Below, one piece after another: positions 25,022 to 37,200 of a stretch of 64,000 nt of DNA. This DNA comes from Eledone cirrhosa (lineage: Eukaryota), in the NCBI GenBank assembly GCA_964016885.1, contig OZ024750.1, positions 25,544,001-25,608,000 on the forward strand. The letters run 5' to 3'. The notes under the pieces were generated by a model. It ran no database searches. It was given only the letters and a program-made list of their open reading frames with translations, and was not told where the DNA came from. Both the position numbers and the translations under genes were made by a program. The first letter of the stretch is position 1; the number at the start of each line of letters is the position of its first letter.

Positions 25022-25500
25022 TTAAACTCCATTACAGTGTATCACATGTATAACTGTTGATTGTAGTTAGAACAATTACTGCCATATTGTAAATAAAAGA
25101 GTTAATATTAGATATAATGTTAACTTATTAGAAATATATATATATATATATATACAAATAAGTCAAACTTCAGATTGCTCAAATTATGTCTAGTATTGAA
25201 ACATGGTTAGAAAATGAGAGAGAAGTATACAGCTTTAGCATTTACATTACTCTGTATATACTATTGTATTTTTGTGGTAATTATCTCAGATAATGTCGAA
25301 TCTACGGGATTTTGATATTTATTTTGAGAACAATACCTTAACATCAGTATGAGTGGCCAGTTTAAATGCTATCTGGGTATGTTTGATGTAAATCCTTCTA
25401 GTTACTAGTTAAACTAAATACTCCATAGAATTAATATCAGGTTTTTAATATTAGTAACAGCTTTAATAGAACATCTATCTGTCATTATTCTGGGTGTTTT

Positions 25501-25679
25501 GGGAGTATCGGTAGAGGGTCGGACGCCATGCTTTCCAGCATAGTTACGTCTCTTTATGATCTGAGTTCAAATCCCGCCGAGGTTGACTTTGCCTTTCATC
25601 CTTACGGGGTCGATAAAATAAAGTACCAGTCACGCACTAGGTGATTGCTGGCCTTGTGCCTAAAGTAGAAACAATTATT
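25501..25679 (+). mobile_element. SINE family A, 5'-truncated, approximately 16-bp target-site duplication
   Basis: attattctgggtgttt on both sides. Confidence 0.85.
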
Positions 25680-26656
25680 CTGGGTGTTTGGTGTATATCC
25701 CTCTAGTTACCAATTAAACTCCATAGAATTAATATCAAGTTTTTAATGTTGGAAACTTGAGATAATTACCAGGATTATATAGCATTGTTAACGCATTGTT
25801 TGTGGATTTTTTCCCCCAGTTAAGTTGGGTCCTGTTGTATTTATTATCTTATTGTCTATACAACTATTTTGATCCTATTCCTATTTATTCTTTTCCCATG
25901 TTTTATACAATACAACTTCAGCTGGCATCTTGGAGATATAGGGTTCGATTACTCATAGCAATCGATAGCAACTTCTTTTTCCATCTAAAACCCTTTAGTT
26001 ACTAACCCGACCAAAACTCTTGCTCTGGTTCTATGAAATAAAATACCCGTTTTAAAGGCTTCTAATTTAAATTGAAATCTTCTAACATAATTTTATTTAA
26101 GAACCTTACATAAGTTACCATCTTAGTAATGAAATAATTAATAATTTTAGTAAATACCTCAAAATTCTTCATTAATTAATTAAAATAGAGTGTATTTCAT
26201 TAGATATGCAGTCATGAAAGTGATAAGGGTATTCACCCTATTGTATAGTATCTTGGCACTGGGGTACAACATTCTTTATATTATCTTCATAAAATTTAGT
26301 CTTCAAATTTGTTAATATCATCAAAATATTCACTTTAGAAGAAAGTTAAGAAGTGTTCAATGGAGTTTTAGTATTTTATATTTATTGAACAAATATTATT
26401 TGTCAATGTTTTCTTTTTAATGATTGCAATTTTTAATTTGAAATAATTTTCATATTTCATTCTTAAATTTGTAATAACCTGTGCACTGTTATAATTCTTC
26501 TTTTTTCTTCTGTTATCATTTAAAAAAAATAAATTACTAAAACTTCAGTTTATTGTGAATAATAATTTAAAGAAATGATTTTAAAAAATAATTTCAAATT
26601 TCAGGTATTTTACAATAAATGCCTTGTTTGTTATATAAATATTGTTTATATATATA

Positions 26657-27040
26657 TCATCATCATCATCATCATCATTGTTTAATGTCTATCTTCCATG
26701 CTAGCATGGGTGAGACGGGAATTGTCCCATTTGAGGCATGTTTGGTCGGGTGACCGTGTCTCGCTCATATAGGACTATCTGGCAGGTTTTCTACGGCTGG
26801 ATGCCCTTCCTAACACCAACCACATTTACAGTGTGGACTGAGTGCTTTTTACCGTGGACTGAGTGCTTTTTACCGTGGACTGAGTGCTTTTTACCGTGTT
26901 ACCTACATAACCACATTATAACGTGGTGGACTGTATTTTTTTTTTTTGTCGTGACATCTACACAACCTCATTAGCTTGGGCTGGATGTTGTGGTACCAAC
27001 ATAACTTTATAGAGAAAGGGTGGTGTTGGCGGCAATGGAA
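26657..27040 (-). mobile_element. RTE-LINE 3'UTR-type element
   Basis: (cat)n tail plus ctggatgcccttcctaacaccaaccacatttacagtg; internal 21-bp triplication. Confidence 0.75.
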
Positions 27041-27190
27041 GCATATATATGTATATATATAGATACAGTTCAAGAGTAACTAATCTTAAAGAGAGAGATA
27101 GGAGAGGAGAGATTGGTGAATTAGTTAGAAGCCAAAGCGTAAAGGCATCTTTCTTGTGAAATTTGTGGTCTTGTTTTGCTTAACTAATGA

Positions 27191-27232
<42 letters not shown>

Positions 27233-27843
27233 CCCATGCTAGCATGGAAGAACGGATGTAAAACAGTGATTATGATGATGATGATGATATATATATATAT
27301 TTGTTGCAGAGAGTTCTGTATTTATCAAAATAAAAAAAATCTTGTTATGAAAACTAAATGAACCAAATCTACTTAGAATACTTATAGATTGAAAATAAAA
27401 TAGGATGACAAGATGTAGTGTAAGTAATCTTATATGTATTTGACTGAATGGGTAAAAAGATTGCTTTGCAACCATAAGGTTTTGTGTTCAGTTCCACTGT
27501 GTGGTTTCTTTTACCAAAGACTTGAGTTAACCCAAACATTGTGAAAGGAATTTGATAGCCAGAGACACCATAGACGCCTATTGAATGAATTGTATCTTTA
27601 ATTGAAACATCTACTTTTGTCACATATTTATTTATTGTTTTTCACTGGTTCTGACAATAGCAATAGTAGAGTCTGTGGAATACTCAGCCACTTATATGTA
27701 AATTTAGCATGTAGGCCATTTCACAGACTGAACAATTAGAATACTCATCACCAAAACTGATGGTGGTCTGTTAACTTTTTATATGTTGTTGTTGTATTTA
27801 GTTAAAATAATTGTGTTGTTGTGTTTAGTTAAAATATATTATA

Positions 27844-28634
27844 TGTAGTGGATAAATGTATTCTTTTCAGGATGAATGATAAAAAGAATAATGCTAGAAT
27901 TATGATGTTGACAATGTTTATTTTACAATAACAATATTCACTTGTTCGTACACTGAGCATCGAGTAATAAACTTGTGGCAGCAATTATCACTACATTATT
28001 TTCTGACTAGCTACTTCAAGCTAGTGTGTATGCATGTATCAATACAACAATATAATAGACGTGAAATAACAGGAAGACGAAAGATTAGTGAAAAACATAA
28101 GTAAACCTACTGTGTGTGTGTGTGAATATGTCTATCCTGTAGTTAGTCAAATTGCTGAGCTAGTATTAGATGTGAGAGCATAGTAAACAAACTGGTTTTC
28201 GTGAAGAGAAATTTCAGTGTTAGCAGAACTTTCTTCTCTTGTCTATGTTATCACTATGTCTGCTGGTGTAGTCTGTGGCCAAGAAGGTAAGAGCCTGTAA
28301 GGCCAGGAGAGAGAAAGGGTAAAAGTGAATTGGCTACATTGTAATCTTTCACAGACTGCTGCTTCATGTCTCTCTGGTGGATTCCCTAAGTCCTTGTATT
28401 TATAATAACCCTATAGCTAGGAGGATGTGTATATGGGTTGATTTATGAGTAGCCATGTGTGTTTCATCTGTCAGGGACCTGGGGTCACAGGTCAAGTGGT
28501 ATGTATGTTTATCATACTTGTCTCTTGACAGGACAATGGTGGGAAACCCCCAATAATGGGTGGTCTTAGAGGCGAGAAACCTCAGATTCCGTTTTGAATC
28601 TTGGCCAGGTAAAACCTAGGAGTATTCCGTTACA
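27844..28634 (-). mobile_element. Solo LTR (791 bp) of an LTR retrotransposon, probably Ty3/Gypsy-like
   Basis: TGTA...TACA termini with an imperfect inverted repeat; 4-bp TATA on both sides; splits a minisatellite; minus-strand TATAAAT (about 28400) and AATAAA (about 27918). Confidence 0.7.
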
Positions 28635-28744
28635 TATATATTGTTGTTGTGTTTAGTTAAAATATTTTGTTGTGTTTGGTTAAAATATATTATGTGTTGT
28701 GTTTAGTTAAAATAAGTTATTCAACGATATTTAACACTACAATA

Positions 28745-29395
28745 TCATCATCCTCCTCATCATTTTACGTCCACTTTTCCCTGCTTGCAAGGGTGGGACG
28801 GGTCCTATTCAGCACAGCATCTCTCCATTTGTCACAGTCCTTTGTCATCTCCTCCATGAGCTTCAGCGATCTGAGGTCAGCTCTCACTACCTCCACCCAT
28901 ATTTTTCATGGTTTTCCTCGACTGCGTCTTCCTTCTACTGGGATTTCTTGGCATTTCTTCACCCAGCGGTCATCTTCCATGCACATCACATGTCCATACC
29001 AACACAGTCTTCTCTCCCGCACACTACAGTTTATACCTCTTAAGGACAGTTTCACTCTCAACTCGTCTATGCTTGGTTGTTCACGCACAGTGACATTGCA
29101 CATCCAATGGAGCATGCTTGCTTCATTTCTCTCCAGCCATCACATATCCTCCACAGTTGCTGCCTGTCTCTCACTACCATGCAGCATTGTGCATCTCACA
29201 CAGGCATCATATAACTGGCCTTTCATTCGTAGAGAGAAACCCTTCTTTGTCGACAGAGGAAGCAGCTCCCTAAACTTCTTACAACCCGTCCTTATTCTAG
29301 ATACTATGGCCTCGGAGCACCCTCCTCCCTTACTAATCTGATCACTTAAGTATTGGAAGCTATCAACCACCTCTATAGATCCTACCTGCATTTGA
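28745..29395 (-). mobile_element. 5'-truncated RTE-clade LINE (RT C-terminus to tail)
   Basis: IEVVDSFQYLSDQIS...LYDACVRCTMLHGSE...RRLCWYGHV...VKKCQEIPVEGRRSRGKP with stops; (GAT)n tail. Confidence 0.9.
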
Positions 29396-29419
29396 AAAAC
29401 TTACTGCAATAGATTATAT

Positions 29420-29757
29420 ATGTTGTTGTTGTGTTTAGTTAAAATATATTGTATCTGGTGTGTTTAGTTAAAATATATTGTATCTGTTGTTGTGTTTAGT
29501 TAAAATATATTGTATCTGTTGTTGTGTTTAGTTAAAATATATTGTATCTGTTGTGTTTAGTTAAAATATATTGTATCTGTTGTTGTGTTTAGTTAAAATA
29601 TATTGTATCTGTTGTTGTGTTTAGTTAAAATATATTGTATCTGTTGTGTTTAGTTAAAATAAATTGTATTTGTTGTTGTGTTTAGTTAAAATAAATTGTA
29701 TCTGTTGTTGTGTTTAGTTAAAATAAATTGTATCTGTTGTGTTTAGTTAAAATAAAT
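29420..29757. repeat. 31-34-bp minisatellite (also at 27785-27843 and 28640-28715)
   Basis: tgttgtgtttagttaaaatatattgtatctg. Confidence 0.9.
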
Positions 29758-29833
29758 CACTGGACCATGTTTAACACTGCAACAATAGATTAATTTTATT
29801 TTCAGTGGATTAAAGTGTTTTGAGAATAATTTT

Positions 29834-30200
29834 CTGGTCATCCTTCAACATGTGTCCACTTCAGTGGTCATCCCTCCACCTGTCCATTTGAGTGGTCATC
29901 CTTCAACAAGTGCCCACTTTACTGGTCATCCTTCCACATGTGTCCACTTCAGTGGTCATCCTTCAACTTGTGTCCACTTCAGTGGTCATCCATCCACATG
30001 TGCCCACTTTACTGGTCATCCTTCCACATGTGTCCACTTCAGTGGTCATCCTTCAACTTGTGTCCACTTCAGTGGTCATCCTTCATCATGCATTCCCCTT
30101 GGTGTTTATTCTTCAACATGTATCCTCTTTACTGGTCATTCTTGGACATATCTCCTCTTTACTGGTCATTCTTGGACATATATATTCACTTCTGGTCAGT
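29834..30200. repeat. 30-bp minisatellite, about 12 copies
   Basis: tggtcatccttcaacttgtgtccacttcag. Confidence 0.9.
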
Positions 30201-31761
30201 TTTTGACATTGTGTTGTCTTTTGCTGAGTCTAAAAAATATGGGTTGTTTTTATACCACAAAGAAACTATCTTTGCAAAATTTGTAAAAAGTTCTCAAGTT
30301 TTGTGGATATAATTGTCTTCTATTTTGGTTAATGATACAGAAAAGACATTAAAATACCCTGTGTTGTTTGTTACAGCCCTCTGTGTTATGAATTAAAGTA
30401 CCACTATGGTCAACATTACCTTTCATCATTTCTTAGTAAATAAAGTACTAGTTGTGGACAGTTGATAGTAGACAAACAGAGGTGTTACAGCATCAAACAA
30501 TGTAGCTTGCAATATTTGCTGTGGACAGTAGACAGATAGAAGTGTTAGAGCAATATCTATTCCAACTGTATGTATTCTAAGTTTAAATCCCATTAAACTG
30601 TCACTGGGAAAAATTATAGCATGATAGGACTGAGGCATTTATCACTAAAACACTCTAGGAACCTCATATGACATTGCAAGTTTATAGGAAACCTGTTAAG
30701 CCTATGCAAGTATGAGCTGTAGCAACACAACTGGTGGGTTCTCCAAACTCAATAGAAATATAATGAACAAAAAAGATTTTTGTAGAGAAAGCTCATCTAG
30801 TTGGAGATTTTATTGAATCTAAGATGTTATTATTGTTACATAAATATTTTAATAGACTCTCTAGTATCATGAATATATTGTCAGCCTTTGTAATGGCTGT
30901 TGGGGAATTTTAAAATCAGCTTTCTCTGTTTTATCTTTGGTTTATTAGTTTAGAAAAGTAAAATTACTGCCTACGTCTATTCTGTATTGTAAGAATCCAT
31001 GCAACAGGAAGCTTTTCTTAATGTATGTCAATATAATTAAAATCAGGGCTGTTTGTAGTTATGAATTATTTTGTAAACAACAAAAACTAAGGATAGGGAA
31101 GTCAATAACATTTAACTCTCTCTAGTGTTAGTGCCACAATAAAATACACTAGTACTCTGTTAAGTAGTTAGTATTGGAAAAGGCATTTGGCATGACCTGT
31201 ATAGAAGGACAGTTGTGTGGGATAACCTATCCAACCCATCTATACCATCACAGCCTATCTAGAAGGACAGCATAGAAAAAACAGATGCTAAATTATGATG
31301 ATTGAATTTGGTAAAGTTGTTTCTATAAACCAATAGAGAAGTGATTAATATTCTTAAAAATACATTTGCTTTTATATCTCCTGTCGCAACCGATCGACTG
31401 AGGTCATGCTGGTGCACCACTACACTTGCTTGTGAACATTTTATGTTGTATTTATTTCTCAAAGATAAATGTACTTTCTCCTGTTTGTCTTTTCAATAAT
31501 AACTAATATATGCTCATTATATTCACTGGTTGATTGATTAATTTTTTTTAGATATATTTTCAATTTCTTGTGTGTTTATTTGATGTTATAATACTAAACC
31601 AAAAGACTTTGTTTATTAATTTAGGAAGCCACTTCAATTAACTAACCAGTGGGAACAACATCATAGAAGTGTGTACCGTTACATGGTGGAGGCCGACTTG
31701 CCTACCATCTACACCTCATAGAACTTGCTATTCGCTTGTATGCTTGGCATCTATCCACTCA

Positions 31762-31785
31762 ATGTTCACCTGCAAACCTATGTTG
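31762..31785 (+). CDS. UBE2S: Candidate start-codon segment of UBE2S (MFTCKPML, or ML from ATG 31780) in putative exon 31625-31785
   Basis: Unique-sequence block bounded by aatttag|G (31625) and a strong donor TTG|gtaagt (31785). The ATGs at 31762 and 31780 are in phase 0 with the next exon, and there is an in-frame TAA upstream. No transcript evidence. Confidence 0.45.
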
Positions 31786-31954
31786 GTAAGTCTCCATCAC
31801 TCTAACAAATGATATTGATTTATAAACCTGTTTTTTTTTTTGGTCCTGTACCATTATATTTTGTCTGTTGTTTAGCTTTTTTTTTAATATGTTTTTAAAT
31901 GGAAATCACCAAATATGAACACTTGCCATATCTCAGTAATTTACTCTTTTATCT

Positions 31955-32570
31955 ACTAGAGATCAGACATATGTCTAACCCTTTCATTACTCTATTCCTA
32001 TTGTACTAGAGATCAGACATATGTCTAACCCTTTCATTACTCTATTCCTATTGTACCAGAGATCAGACATATGTCTTTAACCCCTTCATTACCATATTTC
32101 TATTGTACCAGAGATCAGACACATGTCTTTAACCCTTTCATTACCATATTTCTATTGTACCAGAGATCAGACATATGTCATTAACCCCTTCATTACCATA
32201 TTCCTATTGTACCAGAGATCAGTCATATGTCTTTAACCCTTTCATTACCATATTTCTATTGTACCAGAGATCAGACATATGTCATTAACCCCTTCATTAC
32301 CATATTCCTATTGTACCAGAGATCAGACATATGTCTTTAACTCTTTCATTACCATATTTCTATTGTACCAGAGATCAGACATATGTCTTTAACCCTTTCA
32401 TTACCATATTCCTCTTGTATCAGAGATCAGACATATGTCTTTAACCATTTCATTACCATATTCCTATTGTATTCGGGATAAGACATATGTCTTTAACCCT
32501 TTCATTACTCTATTCCTATTGTATTAGGGATAAGACATGTCTTTAACCCTTTCATTACCATATTCCTATT
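31955..32570. repeat. 52-bp minisatellite, about 12 copies, built from a MITE terminus plus flank
   Basis: ccagagatcagacatatgtctttaaccctttcattaccatatttctattgta; the last unit runs into the MITE body. Confidence 0.9.
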
Positions 32571-32800
32571 GAAACACACTGCCTATGGTTTTCAATTAAA
32601 TTTTAAAATAACCAAGATTTTGGAGAGGCTTGATAATATAATTAATTTTTTCATTGTGAAGTTTGTGTTTGAAACATAACTTAAGAAAGGTTCTTACATA
32701 AAATATTGATAGAAAGTTTTTAGATAAATTTAATCACTTTAATACAAGCAGCTTTGTGTTATAGAACTAGGGACAGTTTCAGCCAGTTTGGTATCAAAAT
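32547..32800 (+). mobile_element. TTAA-type MITE family 2 (relatives near 21700-21905, 23899-24100, 25988-26225, 41608-41783)
   Basis: ttaa|ccctttcattaccatattcctattgaaacacactgcc...ggtatcaaa recurring in both orientations. Confidence 0.55.
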
Positions 32801-33425
32801 ATCAAGGTTGATGGGGAGATATTTAGAATTGATTATATTTTCTGCACATAATATGAGGTCTGTCTAAAAAGTATTTGGTCTTAGGCTGAGGGGGAAAAAA
32901 TTATGTACTTAGTGGGGTTCAGCTGCTATTCCCTTTTGAAGTAGGCTCCTTTGTGCCTCTACACACTTAGCCAAGGGATTCTTTCACTGTTTGAATCACA
33001 TCTGTGTCATACCCATGTAACAAATCATTAATAGGGAAATTTATAGCATGAATGTTGATTAGGTTACATATCTTTTGATTAATATATATATATATATATA
33101 TAGATATCATCACCATTTTGTCTATTTTCAATACATATATATATATATATATAACAATATGGCATCTTAATAAATGTAAACAATCGTTTTGACTGTGAAT
33201 TGTTAGTCTGTATGGTGAGACAATATGTTGAGGTATTTGCTTTTAAATGAATGATTTTGATAAGTCCCAATAAGGGATGAAACGATTATAAATCAATATT
33301 TAATGTAAAACCGTATTTGGTAATTACTTTAATGAATAATTTGCTTCATGCGTAATATGATTTTGTACACCAATTGGTCTTCAAAATTTAAATTTGTGTT
33401 TTTTATATATAAATATATATATATA

Positions 33426-33744
33426 TTAGAGCATTGGCCTTGCAATCGAAAGGTTGTGAGTTCAATTCTCAGACCGGGTGATGTGTTGTTTCCTTGAGCA
33501 AGACACTTTATTTCACATTGCTCCAGTTTACTCAGCCGTAGAAATGAGATGATAGGGAATGGGGTCCCTATCATTCCACTGCAAAATGGTCGTGAAAGTG
33601 CCACGGCAAAAAAGCACCCAGCACTCACTGTAAATGAGGTTGGTGTTAGGAAGGGCATCCAGCTGTAGAAATCAAGCCAGAATCAGTTCCCGTCCCACCC
33701 TTGCAAGCAGGGAAAAAGCGGACGTAAAATGAAATGATGAGGAT
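33426..33744 (+). mobile_element. tRNA-derived SINE family B, slightly 5'-truncated
   Basis: Highly similar to 10355-10690. Confidence 0.85.
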
Positions 33745-34145
33745 AGGCTATGACAGTGTAAAATGGACGGAAGATTTTGGCAAAAATTGAAGGCAAGAAA
33801 GTCGATAGTGTATTACTTTTTATTTTATTTATCTGTCCTAATATTTCAGGACTAAAATCCCTTCATCAAAAGATTATAATGAGAAACCGGTTCGAAGTTT
33901 GTGTTTTTGTTGTTATAGGCACTCTGTCTTAATTTCTTCGTTTGCAAGCGGTGGTCTGTTTATAGCTACCAGAAGTAATGGGAAGATGATATTGTCTGTG
34001 GACACATGTATAATGTTGTGTGAGTGTTTAGGCTTCTATGTCAGATTTTTCTTTTGTTTTGTTTAATGCAAATATTGTGTGTCAAGTTGTAATCATTTGG
34101 ATATATGTATATATATATATTATATATATATTTGTATTTTTACAG

Positions 34146-34293
34146 TGTTCTAATGTGGAAAACTTGTCTCCTCAAGTTATCCGTCAAGTCGCTAAGGAAC
34201 TTGCTGATTTATCCAGCAATCCTCCTGAAGGAGTAAAAGTCTTCCCCAATGAAGAGGATATTACAGATATACAGGCTAGAATAGAGGGGCCTG
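34146..34293 (+). CDS. UBE2S: UBE2S coding exon (CSNVENL...IEGP)
   Basis: Acceptor ttttacag|TGT, donor CCTG|gtatgt; 148 nt. Confidence 0.95.
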
Positions 34294-37200
34294 GTATGTA
34301 TATTTTAACCTTTTAGTATTTACATTACTCTAAATTTACTATTGTATTTCCACGGTAAAGGCTTTACCTCAAATGATTATCTCGCATAATATAGAATCTG
34401 AGATTTTGATATTATTTATTTCGAGAACAATACCTTAACATGAGTATGAGGGGCCAGTTACAGCCGGTTGGAACAGAAAGAGGTGAGAGAATTATGGCCA
34501 GATACAGCCGGGTTAAATTATCACTAAAACTTGTTTCACACTTCAGTCTTAGATTTTTGGCTACTCTTTCAATACATTGTTGTAAATTTTATAACATTCT
34601 AGAAGAATTTTATTATATATATATAATATATTTATACATTTTCTAATTTTCTTTATCAGCTGGAACTCCATATGCTGGAGGTGTTTTCAAAATGAAGCTA
34701 GTTTTAGGGAAAAACTTCCCAACTGAACCACCAAAGGGATTTTTCTTGACAAAAATATTTCATCCAAACGTGGCAAATAATGGAGAAATATGTGTAAATA
34801 CGCTGAAGAAGGATTGGAAACCAGAACTGGGGATTAAACACATTCTTTTGGTGAGTCAAGAATACTTTCTATCATCATTATAACATATATACGTTATAGG
34901 GGCGGTGGATTGGCAGTATCGGTAGAGGGTCGGACGCCATGCTTTCCAGCATAGTTACGTCCCTTTACGATCTGAGTTCAAATCCCGCCGAGGTTGACTT
35001 TGTCTTTCATCGTTACGGGGTCGATAAAATTAAGTACCAGTAATGCACTGGGTAATTTGCTGGCCTTGTGCCTAAAGTAGAAACAATTATAACATATATA
35101 CATATATATATTGGGGGTCAAACACATTCTTTTGATGAGTCAAGAATACTTTCTATCATCATTATTATAACATATATACATACATTCTTTTGGGGAGTCG
35201 AGAATACTATCATCATCATAATATGTATTGAGGGTCAAACACATTCTTTTGGGAAGTCAAGACTACTTTGTCATCATCATCATCATCATCATCATCATAA
35301 TCGATTGTCTATTTTTCATGCTTGCTTAGGTTAGATGGGTTGTCACGTGCTGAGACCAGATTAGTCAGTTGACCATGACCTGCTCATACACTCTGTTTTG
35401 ATTTGGTTTCTACAGCTGGATACCCTTCTTAGTGCCAACCACTTCATGTACTGGGAGCATGGTTTCTACAGCTGGAGGCCTTTCTTAATGCCAATCACTT
35501 CACAGCATGTATTGGGAGCATTTTATCATGACACTGGTAGTACCACTTTACAGAGTAGACTGGGTGCCATCTTACAAGGTGAACCGTGTGCTTTTCATTG
35601 TAGCACCATCACTACCTCATTACAAGGTGGACCACGTGCTTTTCATCATGGCATCAGCACTACCTCATTACAGAGTGGACCAAAGGCACCAGCACTACCA
35701 TTTTACAACATTGTGTGTGATATTTATAAGTCAATGTTTTACATTTCCAGAAAATGATAAATTTAATTTAAATATGACAGTGTTTTAAAATATTTAAAGA
35801 TCTCTAACTACAGTGTAATAGATACAATTTGCCCAATTGCACCTCTCAAAGGCGATGACACAAGACCGAGACCTGGCATTACGCAGTAATACAGAAGACC
35901 TGAGTTCCCATTGTTACAAACCGAAGCATATAGACAATATTGCATCCCCCCCCCCCACCCACACACACACACACCCCGCTGTAAAGTGGTCGTGTAGGTG
36001 TCACAACAAAAAAGCACCCAGCCCACACTGTAAAGTGGTCGTGTGTGTACACCACGGTAAAAAAAGCACCCAGTACTCACTGTAAATGAGGTTGGTGTTA
36101 GGAAGGGCATCCAGCTGTAGAAACCGAGCCAAAATCAGTTCTGTATGAGCAAGACATGGTCACCTGACCTGGCATTGCCCACAACAGGACAAACCGTCTA
36201 ACCCATGCTAGCATGGAGACATCGATGTAAAACGGTGATGATGATGAGGATGATCAATATATTTCATAATCATGAGTAAATTTTAAAGATTTACAATCTA
36301 GATTATTATTATTATTACTCGGTGGATTGGCAGTATCGGTAGAGGGTCGGACGCCATGCTTTCCAGCATAGTTACGTCCCTTTACGATCTGAGTTCAAAT
36401 CCCGCCGAGGTTAACTTTGCCTTTCATCCTTACGGGGTCGATAAAATAAAGTACCAGTAATGCACTGGGTAATTGCTGGCCTTGTGCCTAAAGTAGAAAC
36501 AATTATTATTATTACTAGCTGGCCTCATGCCGTAAAAAATGATGGCTAATTGTAATATCTATACATAATATAAAAAAGAGATGTTGGTTTGTTTGTTGGT
36601 TCCTTCGCGCTCACTCACACAAGTGATACAAACATACAACTGTGACAAATCTTTCTCACCCCCTCCTTCTTCAATCATCACATAGATGTGTGTGTATGTA
36701 ATAATTATTTTTTTCTAAGTGTGTCTGTTTACATATATGTATGTGTAGATTCGTGTGTTTGTAATTCCATTGTCTATGTATCGTTCTAAATAAACACACA
36801 CAAACACCTATACACTCACACAAATATTATTAATAAATATAATTTACACATACATACACACAAACACTATAATCATAATAGTCAATGTGTGTAGCCAATA
36901 TGTTATACATATACACAGGTATAGCAAATGTTAGATGCTGCTTAGACACCCCTTCTTTCCTCAGTCGATGTAATCACTCCTTCCTTCCTCAGTCATCTCT
37001 AGTGTATGATAGACAAATACACATTGGCTTTTATATTAGTAGATTATCATCATCCTCATCATATTTACATCGATCTTTTCCATGCTGGATTGGATTGGAC
37101 ATGATTTTCAGGCAATAATTTACACCTGGATATCCTTGCTGATACCAACTCTTTCGGGATGTCTCTTACAACATAGAGATACAGTGTATCTATTTCTAAA

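Noticed and set aside
29806-30312. His/Cys-rich repeat exon (SGHPSTCVHF)n
   Set aside because: A 30-bp minisatellite open in all three frames; the nearby AG/GT sites do not link to a coherent gene.
33850-34019. Alternative ATG exon for UBE2S ending at TGT|gtgagt
   Set aside because: The phase-0 frame has TAA just before the donor, so it cannot supply the start codon.
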